DNA of 39,951 nucleotides from a virus: IMG/VR virus record IMGVR_UViG_3300045988_166951; one strand, 5' to 3'. Shown piece by piece: positions 22,109 to 29,550 of this stretch (position 1 is its first letter; each line of letters starts with the position of its first letter). The notes under the pieces were generated by a model. It saw only the letters and a program-made list of their open reading frames with translations, ran no database searches and was not told where the DNA came from. The position numbers and the translations under genes were made by a program.

Positions 22109-24043
22109 ATGAAAAAGAGAAGCAACCATTACTGGGAGCAAAGAGCTAACTCTAGAATGGCATCTTATCATAAGAATAGTGATGAAACTATATTTAAGAT
22201 TAATAAAGCTTATGATAAAGCTATAGACGATATAAATAGTGATATAAAGAAGATATTTAATAAGTATGCAATGGAATATAAGTTAAGTAAAACTGAGGCA
22301 AGACAACTTTTAAACTCATACATACATGCAAAAGACTTGAAGAGTATAAGAGATAAAATTAAATATATCCAGGATGAAGACTTAAAAAAATATCTAATGG
22401 CACAATTAAATTACTCTCCTTATAAGGCTCGTATAACTCGATTAGAAGCTTTAAAGGAGAGTATTTATATTAATACTAAATTATTATCACAAGAAGAATT
22501 AAAGTTAAGTACAAGTAATTATATTGATAATATGAAAGATGCATATTATCGTAATATATTTGATATTCAAAAAGGAATAGGATTAGGTTTTACTTTTTCT
22601 GAAATGCCTATAGATTTTATAGAAGAGGTATTAAGAAATAAATGGAGTGGAAAAAACTATTCACAAAGGATATGGAATAATTCAGATGTATTAGCCGATA
22701 GATTAGAAGAAGTAATAACAAGTGGTTTAATGAGTGGTAAAAGTTCAAAGAGAATGGCTAAAGAGCTTGATGATTTAAGTAATTATGGAAAGTTTGCATC
22801 TGAAAGACTTATAAGAACAGAAACTACATACGTAACTAATATGGCAGAAATAGAAAGCTATAAGGAATGTGATATAAAAAGATGTGTTTTTTTAGCTACT
22901 TTAGATTTAAGAACCAGTAAGATATGCAGGAAAATGGATGGTAAAGTTTTGATAGTTGGAAAAGCTAAACCAGGAGTTAACTTACCACCTCTTCATCCGT
23001 TTTGTAGAAGTACAACTATAGCATATTTAGGAAAAGGAACTTTAGAAACACTTCAAAGAAGAGCAAGAGATCCTGTAACTGGAAAGAACTATATTATTAA
23101 CAATATGAACTATAATGAATGGTATGGTAAGTTTGTAGTTAAGAAATATGGACAAGATAAAACAGAAACTTTAGAAAAGATGATAAAGAATAAAGCTTCT
23201 GATAAAAAGCAATATGCTAAATATAAAGCTTCTCTAAGTGAGTTGATACCTAAGAATTTTAATGATTTTCAAAAGTTAAAATATAATTCACCTGATATAT
23301 GGAGCAAAATAAAAGATGTTTATAATGGAAACTATTCAGAAAGTGAGTTTGCTGGTATAAAATCTTTCTTTAATAAGCTTTTAGGTTCAAGCAATATTAA
23401 TATAAACATCAAGCAATTACCTAAAAAACATTATAAAAACATCATGCAATATATAGATAATTCACCAGACGAAGTTAAAAAATTAGTTTATGAAAATATA
23501 AATGAAATTAACTTTAAAGATATTAATTTTAAAGATGGTGCTGCAAGGTATAGTCCTAAAGAAAAAGGTATCTATATAGATATTAATGATGATTTTGCAA
23601 ATAAGAAAGGTAAAGGACAATATACAACAATATTTCATGAAATGGGACATCTTATAGATCATAGGTTGAATAATATATCTGTAAAAGATGAAAAGTTTAG
23701 AAATCTAATTATTAATGATGTTAATTCCTTTGTAAATGAGTATTCAAGGATAAATAATATTAATAATCCTTATGAAGTATCAAAATTAATAAGCGACAAA
23801 CTAGGTAAAAGTCCAAAATTTCATTCTGTATCAGATTTATGTGGTGGAGTAACTGAAAATATAATAGTAGGAAAGTTCAGGCATAGAACTGAATACTGGA
23901 AAAACCCAAATAAATTGCCTAAAGAAGCTTTTGCGCATTTTTTTGAAGCGACTTTACGTAATGATGAAGATAAGTTAAAATTAATTAAGGATATTTTTCC
24001 AAAGTCATATTCTGAATTTTTAAATATGTTGGGAGCTGAATAA
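22109..24043 (+). CDS. MuF/SPP1-gp7-family minor head protein fused to a C-terminal HExxH metallopeptidase-like domain
   Basis: gp7-type core up to GVNLPPLHPFCRSTT (aa ~300). After a ~100-aa linker, a ~240-aa domain with TTIFHEMGHLIDH (nt 23636-23650 = HEMGH) and KEAFAHFFEA. Confidence 0.75.
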   Translation: MKKRSNHYWEQRANSRMASYHKNSDETIFKINKAYDKAIDDINSDIKKIFNKYAMEYKLSKTEARQLLNSYIHAKDLKSIRDKIKYIQDEDLKKYLMAQLNYSPYKARITRLEALKESIYINTKLLSQEELKLSTSNYIDNMKDAYYRNIFDIQKGIGLGFTFSEMPIDFIEEVLRNKWSGKNYSQRIWNNSDVLADRLEEVITSGLMSGKSSKRMAKELDDLSNYGKFASERLIRTETTYVTNMAEIESYKECDIKRCVFLATLDLRTSKICRKMDGKVLIVGKAKPGVNLPPLHPFCRSTTIAYLGKGTLETLQRRARDPVTGKNYIINNMNYNEWYGKFVVKKYGQDKTETLEKMIKNKASDKKQYAKYKASLSELIPKNFNDFQKLKYNSPDIWSKIKDVYNGNYSESEFAGIKSFFNKLLGSSNININIKQLPKKHYKNIMQYIDNSPDEVKKLVYENINEINFKDINFKDGAARYSPKEKGIYIDINDDFANKKGKGQYTTIFHEMGHLIDHRLNNISVKDEKFRNLIINDVNSFVNEYSRINNINNPYEVSKLISDKLGKSPKFHSVSDLCGGVTENIIVGKFRHRTEYWKNPNKLPKEAFAHFFEATLRNDEDKLKLIKDIFPKSYSEFLNMLGAE

Positions 24044-24044
24044 G

Positions 24045-24284
24045 GTGGATATTTTTGATGAGATAATAAGTCGTGAAGATCCTGAGGTAATTGAGAAAAA
24101 TATTAGAATAGGTAATTTAATTGATAAGTACGAATCTGAATTAGGCGATGAGTTAAATACTGAATGCTTTTATATATCAGATGATGAACTTGAAGAAGCT
24201 TTGAATAGATGTTTAAAAGAAAAAATAAAAATAAATGATATATATCCAGGAATAAACGATATAGATGATGATTGCGATTATTAA
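24045..24284 (+). CDS. Small acidic protein (79 aa), putative cognate immunity/inhibitor
   Basis: GTG start 1 nt after the MuF stop. Strongly Asp/Glu-rich. Followed directly by a terminator. Confidence 0.45.
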   Translation: MDIFDEIISREDPEVIEKNIRIGNLIDKYESELGDELNTECFYISDDELEEALNRCLKEKIKINDIYPGINDIDDDCDY

Positions 24285-24310
24285 AACACTTACTTTGGGT
24301 AGGTGTTTTT
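24283..24310 (+). terminator. Rho-independent terminator
   Basis: AAAACACTTAC-TTTGG-GTAGGTGTTTT stem-loop (one G:U) plus T-run. Core CACTTAC-N5-GTAGGTG is repeated at 24822-24847. Confidence 0.75.
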
Positions 24311-24367
24311 ACTTTTCCTTAAAATTGTTATATCATTAAATTATTAACAGTTTAAGGAGGAAATGTA

Positions 24368-24817
24368 ATGAAAAACAGAAGCACAGCACTTATATTATGT
24401 TTATTCTTAGGAGTTTTAGGAGTACATCAATATTATTTAGGCAATTATGGGAAAGGTGTATTATATACACTTACTGGTGGATTGTTAGGTATAGGATGGC
24501 TTTATGATCTTGTTAAATTAATAATAAATCCAGATAGTATTATGGGATGTAATTGTTATATAAAGAATAATAATCATACAAGAAATACTTATAGTGATAA
24601 TGGAAACATACAAAATAACAATGACGTTATTAGGTGTCCAAGATGTGGAAGCACTCAATTGACAGCTAATAAAAAAGGATTTAGTTTACTAAAAGGAGCT
24701 TTAGGAGTAGCAACAATAGGTGGATATGGAGTTGTTGCAGCAGGTCATGGTAAAAATAAAGTTTTAATAACATGTTTGAATTGCGGAAAACAATTTAAAC
24801 CAGGTAAAGGAAAATAG
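24368..24817 (+). CDS. TM2-domain membrane protein with C-terminal zinc ribbon
   Basis: RBS AAGGAGGAA. TM2 pattern ALILCLFLGVLGVHQYYLGNYGKGVLYTLTGGLLGIGWLYDL. CPRCGS...CLNCGK ribbon enclosing a Gly-rich hydrophobic segment. Confidence 0.7.
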   Translation: MKNRSTALILCLFLGVLGVHQYYLGNYGKGVLYTLTGGLLGIGWLYDLVKLIINPDSIMGCNCYIKNNNHTRNTYSDNGNIQNNNDVIRCPRCGSTQLTANKKGFSLLKGALGVATIGGYGVVAAGHGKNKVLITCLNCGKQFKPGKGK

Positions 24818-24821
24818 TTAG

Positions 24822-24847
24822 AGCACTTACTTAATGTAGGTGCTTTT
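24822..24847 (+). terminator. Rho-independent terminator (duplicate of 24283-24310 core)
   Basis: AGCACTTAC-TTAAT-GTAGGTGCT followed by TTTT. Confidence 0.75.
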
Positions 24848-24880
24848 ATTATGGATAAATTTAAAAGGAGTGAATAAATA

Positions 24881-25144
24881 ATGAATGAAAAAGATTTTTT
24901 AGAATTATGCAAAAAAGAAGTGTGTAATTATACTAATAAACATCTAGATAAGACAGATAAAAAAGAAATTACCACAGATGATGTATTTATGGTATGGTGT
25001 TGCAAGACGCTTCAAAACAACAAAGCCTTATTAAGTACCACTTTATTTGATGGAATGTACTACGAGTGTACTTACAATGGAGATAAGAAGGAAATGTATG
25101 TAGATGCTTATAAGAAGTGGGAAAATTATAAAGTAGAAATATAA
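24881..25144 (+). CDS. Hypothetical protein (87 aa)
   Basis: RBS AAAGGAGTG. Has its own terminator downstream. Confidence 0.6.
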   Translation: MNEKDFLELCKKEVCNYTNKHLDKTDKKEITTDDVFMVWCCKTLQNNKALLSTTLFDGMYYECTYNGDKKEMYVDAYKKWENYKVEI

Positions 25145-25147
25145 GTA

Positions 25148-25172
25148 AGTCTTAGGAAACTAAGGCTTTTTT
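25148..25172 (+). terminator. Rho-independent terminator
   Basis: AGTCTTAG-GAAA-CTAAGGCT (one G:U) plus T6. Confidence 0.65.
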
Positions 25173-25253
25173 ATTTTGTCCTGAAGTATGACATTAAAAG
25201 ACTTAAATAATTGAATCTAGTGGGCATTGAACACTAGGGGCAAGGAGGAAAAT

Positions 25254-25916
25254 ATGAAAAGAAATTTAATAATGAATCTACAATTATTTGGTTTAGGTGG
25301 AGTATCTAGACCTTTTTTAAATGCAGACGGTGGAGCAGGTAATGGAGGTGCTGGAACTACGACTGGTGATGAAGGAACTAATGGTGGTTCTACTGGTGAA
25401 GGAGCAGAAGGGAGTGAAGGTGATAAGTCTTTTGATGATGTGTTAAAAGATAAAAAGTACCAGAGCGAATTTGATAAGAGGATTGCTAAAGCTCTTGAAA
25501 CTGCAAAGAGTAAGTGGGAAACAGAAAAGGCTACTGAATTAGAAAATGCTAAAACAGAGGCTGAGAAACTTGCTAAGATGAATGCTGAACAGAAAGCAAA
25601 ATATGCAGAAGAAAAAAGAATAGCCGAATTAGAAAAAAGAGAAAAAGATATTACTACTAGAGAATTAAAGGCTCAAGCCTATGAAACTCTAGCAGAAAAG
25701 AATTTACCTAAAGAGTTAATAGGAACTCTTAACTTTGAAAGCGCTGAAACTTGTAATTCAAGTATTGAAGCTGTAGAGAAAGCTTTTCAAAGTGCAGTAG
25801 AGAAAGCTGTAAATAATAAATTAAGAGGTAGTGAAATTCCTAAAGGTGGACAAGGTAGCGAATCATCTACTTTTGGATTTAACTTTCAAGGTGTAAGACC
25901 AAAATCAACAAAATAA
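25254..25916 (+). CDS. Head scaffolding protein (DUF4355-like)
   Basis: AAGGAGGAA RBS before ATG 25254. N-terminus MKRNLIMNLQLFG, Gly-rich linker, then long Ala/Glu/Lys coiled coil. Lies directly upstream of the capsid gene. Confidence 0.7.
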   Translation: MKRNLIMNLQLFGLGGVSRPFLNADGGAGNGGAGTTTGDEGTNGGSTGEGAEGSEGDKSFDDVLKDKKYQSEFDKRIAKALETAKSKWETEKATELENAKTEAEKLAKMNAEQKAKYAEEKRIAELEKREKDITTRELKAQAYETLAEKNLPKELIGTLNFESAETCNSSIEAVEKAFQSAVEKAVNNKLRGSEIPKGGQGSESSTFGFNFQGVRPKSTK

Positions 25917-25937
25917 TAAAAGAAAGAAGGAATAAAT

Positions 25938-26861
25938 ATGGCAGTAAATTACGCAACACAATATGCAAAGGAATTAGCTAATGCTTATCCTTATGTACTT
26001 TATTCAGGAAGATTATGGAGTATAGACAATAGTAAAAAATATAAGGTGGTTGATGCAAAGACTATAAAAATACCACGCTTATCAACTACTGGTAGAGTAG
26101 ATGGAGATAGAACTAAGATTGGTGATTTTAGTCAAAATTTCTCTAATGATTGGGAAACTAAAGAGTTAAAAAATCATAGAATATGGCAAACTTTAGTTCA
26201 TCCACAGGATGTTAATCAAACTAATCAAGTTGCATCTATAACAAACATAACTCAAACAATGAATGAAACTCAAAAGTTTCCAGAATTAGATGCAATGATG
26301 TTTTCAACTTTATATACATTAAAAAATGCTAAAACCGCTATTACAGCAGAAACAGCAGAATTAACTTCTAAAACTGCTTTAGCTAAGTTTGATGCTATGA
26401 TGGATGCTATGGATGAGGGGTTAGTACCACCTACTGGAAGAATACTTTATGTTGATACTTTTACTAAGACTTTACTTGATAATGCAGTAGCTATAGTAAG
26501 AACTAATGGGGATAAAACTTTATCAAGAACTGTTTCAAGACTTGATGAAGTAGATATAGTTGGAGTTCCTACAGCATTAATGAAAACAAAATATACATTT
26601 AATGATGGTAAAACTTCTGGCCAAGAAAATGGTGGAATAACAGCGAAAGAAGATGCTGAGGATATGGCTATGTTATTAGTTCACCCTAGTGCTATATTAC
26701 CAATAGTATCTTATTCTTTTGCTCAATTACAAGATCCATCAGCATTAACACAAGGTAAGTATGTTTACTTTGAGGAATCTTTTGAAGATGTATTTATATT
26801 AGATAAGAGAGTTGCTGCTATACAAGTTTGTGTTAAGGTGAAGAAAGCTAAAACAGAATAG
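25938..26861 (+). CDS. Major capsid protein
   Basis: 307 aa after the scaffold gene. GAAGGA RBS. Strong terminator directly after, typical of an abundant late product. Confidence 0.75.
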   Translation: MAVNYATQYAKELANAYPYVLYSGRLWSIDNSKKYKVVDAKTIKIPRLSTTGRVDGDRTKIGDFSQNFSNDWETKELKNHRIWQTLVHPQDVNQTNQVASITNITQTMNETQKFPELDAMMFSTLYTLKNAKTAITAETAELTSKTALAKFDAMMDAMDEGLVPPTGRILYVDTFTKTLLDNAVAIVRTNGDKTLSRTVSRLDEVDIVGVPTALMKTKYTFNDGKTSGQENGGITAKEDAEDMAMLLVHPSAILPIVSYSFAQLQDPSALTQGKYVYFEESFEDVFILDKRVAAIQVCVKVKKAKTE

Positions 26862-26889
26862 AGAGGGGTAATACCTTCTCTATTTTTTT
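26858..26889 (+). terminator. Rho-independent terminator after the capsid gene
   Basis: ATAGAGAGGG / CCTTCTCTAT 10-bp stem (one G:U), 6-nt loop, T7. Confidence 0.7.
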
Positions 26890-26904
26890 AAGTGAGGGTT
26901 TATT

Positions 26905-27228
26905 ATGTCGCAATTAGAAAAGCTAAAAGTTAGATTAGGAATAAAAGATGATAAGCAAGATGATTTATTAAATACTATTTTAGAAGACGCAGAATCAGAA
27001 ATTTTAGATTGTACAAATAGAGATAAGCTGCCAAGTAAAGCAGAGGGTTTACAAAGGAAACTAGCTGTTATCTATTATAATCGTATTGGAAGCGAAGGAG
27101 AAAGCTCCAGGAGTGAAGGTGGAGTATCAGTTTCTTATTCTACAGAAATTCCAGAAGATATAAGGTTGAGATTAAGCGCTTTTAAAAATTTAAAGGCGGT
27201 GAGAATTGCCAATGAGAATAAAGAATAA
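26905..27228 (+). CDS. Head-tail connector protein (gp6-like)
   Basis: MSQLEKLKVRLGIKDDKQDDLLNTILEDAESEILDCTNR is the typical Phage_connect_1 N-terminus. Confidence 0.65.
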   Translation: MSQLEKLKVRLGIKDDKQDDLLNTILEDAESEILDCTNRDKLPSKAEGLQRKLAVIYYNRIGSEGESSRSEGGVSVSYSTEIPEDIRLRLSAFKNLKAVRIANENKE

Positions 27229-27529
27229 AAAAACTTATTATCTTAAAAAGAAAATAAATGTTGAAGATGCTGAGGGTGGAATATATTTAGATTTTAATGA
27301 AACATCAATAGAACTAGAAGCTAATATATACCCTGCTTCTGGGAAGTTACAGGCAGAAATCTATGGTGAAAGATTAAACTATATATTAAATATGCTTTAC
27401 GATGGAGATTGTGAAATAAATGAAGGAGACGGCATTTGTGTATATGTATCTAAAGAAAGTAAGCCTGACTATAAGGTTATAAGCATTAAAAGATACTCAC
27501 ATTTAGCTATTGAATTAGAAAAGATATGA
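27212..27529 (+). CDS. Head closure / head-tail adaptor protein
   Basis: Position and ~105-aa size. Overlapping starts (TTG 27206 or ATG 27212). Confidence 0.5.
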   Translation: MRIKNKKTYYLKKKINVEDAEGGIYLDFNETSIELEANIYPASGKLQAEIYGERLNYILNMLYDGDCEINEGDGICVYVSKESKPDYKVISIKRYSHLAIELEKI

Positions 27530-27960
27530 ACAATAGTGTAAAAGGCATAGATAATTTAATGAAAAAATTAAATAAACTAGGTGGCAATGCTGAAGAAGTA
27601 GTAAAACAATCAATGCGTAAGAATATACAGTTAGTTAAAAATGAAGCTAAATTATTATGTCCTGTAAGAGATGGTGATTTAAGAAAAAGTATAAGAAGTA
27701 GTGTTTCTATAAAAAAAGGGACTGCAAAAGGAATGGTTTATACCAATTCGGATCATGCAGCATATGTTGAATTTGGAACTGGAATGAGAGGAGAGAATTC
27801 CAACTTAAATTCAGAGGTTAATATAACATATAAGCAAGATTGGAGTGGTATGGAAGCACAACCTTATTTATACCCTGCTTTAAAAAATAATAAAGATAAA
27901 GTTCTAGGTGAAATTGAAAATGATGTTAGAAAAGCAATTAGGACGGTGGCAAGTAAATGA
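27526..27960 (+). CDS. HK97 gp10-family tail-completion protein
   Basis: EAKLLCPVRDGDLRKSI...YVEFGTG pattern. ATGA overlap with the upstream gene. Confidence 0.55.
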   Translation: MNNSVKGIDNLMKKLNKLGGNAEEVVKQSMRKNIQLVKNEAKLLCPVRDGDLRKSIRSSVSIKKGTAKGMVYTNSDHAAYVEFGTGMRGENSNLNSEVNITYKQDWSGMEAQPYLYPALKNNKDKVLGEIENDVRKAIRTVASK

Positions 27961-28319
27961 TAAATATTAAACCAATAATATTTAATAAGTTAAAAAGTAT
28001 ATGTAAAAATGTTAATGATTCATATCCATCAAATTGGGCCACATTTCCTGTAATTCAGTATGTTGAAGAAGATAATAAAACTTCTTTGAAAACTGATGAT
28101 AAAGAGCAACAAGCTTATGTGAGATATAAAATAGATATATGGAATGATAAAAGCACGTCTGATATTGCTATAGCAATTGATGAGGTGCTTTCTTCATCAG
28201 GATTAGAAAGAATACAATGTCTTGATGCTCCGGATCCAAAACAATTAAAACATAAGGTAATGAGATATGAAGGAATAATTGATGTAAACAATATGAGAGT
28301 ATATAGTGCGAAAGGATGA
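27957..28319 (+). CDS. Tail terminator-like protein
   Basis: Synteny (immediately before the major tail protein). 120 aa. ATGA overlap. Confidence 0.45.
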   Translation: MINIKPIIFNKLKSICKNVNDSYPSNWATFPVIQYVEEDNKTSLKTDDKEQQAYVRYKIDIWNDKSTSDIAIAIDEVLSSSGLERIQCLDAPDPKQLKHKVMRYEGIIDVNNMRVYSAKG

Positions 28320-28325
28320 TGAAAT

Positions 28326-28736
28326 ATGTTAGCTAATGGAATAACTTTAGGCTATAAAGCTGATAGTGGTAGTTCTTATACAATTTTAGAAGGATTAAAA
28401 GAAGTGCCAGAGATGGGAAATGAACCTGAAAAAGTAGAAAATACTTGTTTGGCAGATACAGTGAAACAATATGAATATGGAATAGGTGATCCAGGAGATT
28501 TAGAATTTAAGTTCAAATATGATAATTCAGGAGCATCAAGTTCATATAGAATTTTAAGAAAAGCAGCAGAGAAAAAAGAAAAATTAAGCTTTGAAGAAAC
28601 TTTCCCAGATGGAACTAAGTTCAATTGGGATGCACAAGTAAGTGTAACTTTAGGTGGTGGTGGAGTTAATGATCCAATTGATTTCACTTTAAAAATGGCA
28701 TTACAAAGTGATATTAAAGTTACTGATCCAGCTTAA
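28326..28736 (+). CDS. Major tail protein
   Basis: 136 aa, directly upstream of the chaperone pair and tape measure. Confidence 0.6.
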   Translation: MLANGITLGYKADSGSSYTILEGLKEVPEMGNEPEKVENTCLADTVKQYEYGIGDPGDLEFKFKYDNSGASSSYRILRKAAEKKEKLSFEETFPDGTKFNWDAQVSVTLGGGGVNDPIDFTLKMALQSDIKVTDPA

Positions 28737-28775
28737 TTTTATTGAAGAGAAGAAGAATAGAAAGGATGAATTAAA

Positions 28776-29150
28776 ATGGCAAGAAAACAGTTTGCAATAT
28801 GGAAAATAGGAGAAGAGGAATATAAATTAAAGTTAAAGACATCAACTTTATGTAGCTTAGAAGAAAAATTAGGCACTAGCTTATTAAATGTACTTAATTC
28901 TAATGGGTTACCTGCATTAAGCGTTATGCTTACAATAGCACATTATGCATTAAAAGATTATAATGCAAATTTAAAATATAAAGATGTTCAAGATATGTTT
29001 GATAAATATGTTGATGAAGGAGGAAGCCAATTAGAATTCTTTTCTGATGTAATTATGGATGTATATAAAGTAAGTGGTTTTTTTACAGAAGCTCAAACAG
29101 AGATGATGGAGGAGAAACAACTGGAAGTTCAAGAGAAAATGAACGAATAG
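28776..29150 (+). CDS. Tail assembly chaperone (G-like, 0-frame product)
   Basis: Position before the tape measure. Contains the slippery run at 29078-29084. Confidence 0.7.
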   Translation: MARKQFAIWKIGEEEYKLKLKTSTLCSLEEKLGTSLLNVLNSNGLPALSVMLTIAHYALKDYNANLKYKDVQDMFDKYVDEGGSQLEFFSDVIMDVYKVSGFFTEAQTEMMEEKQLEVQEKMNE

Positions 29151-29548
29151 AAAGTTATACAGATTTGATTGAGGAGCTATATACTAACTTTTTAGATTTA
29201 GGATATACTCCTTCTTTATTTTGGGATTCTACATTACAAGAAATATTCGATTTAATGGAGAGTGCTTATAGAAAACAAGAATTAGAAGAGAAGAAAAGAG
29301 AATTAGATCTAAAAACAAAAATAGTTTTAAATTCTATTTTAGCTAGGCAAATAGGAGAGTATGTAAGTTCTTTATTTAATAAAGATACTAAAATATCCAC
29401 TCCAGAAGATTTATTCCCAAGTCTATTTAAAACTGAAAAAGAATTATTAGATGAAAAGAAAAAATTAAAAGAATTAGAGTTAAATAAAGCTAGAATGAAA
29501 GATTTTGCTTTAAGACATAATTTAAGTTTTAAAAGGAAGGAGGAATAA
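28776..29548 (+). CDS. Tail assembly chaperone -1 frameshift fusion (GT-like): 28776..29084 joined to 29084..29548
   Basis: In the 0 frame GGT TTT TTT ACA gives the heptamer T TTT TTT (29078-29084). The -1 frame is open from 29069 through 29548. The fusion is about 257 aa. Confidence 0.65.
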
Positions 29549-29550
29549 TA

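Noticed and set aside
8415-25253. Upstream-extended start codons in the ORF track (8415, 8603, 9406, 10465, 12060, 12236, 12717, 14477, 14677, 17413, 21917, 25227)
   Set aside because: In each case a downstream in-frame ATG or GTG has a properly spaced Shine-Dalgarno site. The extension overlaps the preceding gene or, for 17413, the promoter. The shorter coordinates are reported instead.
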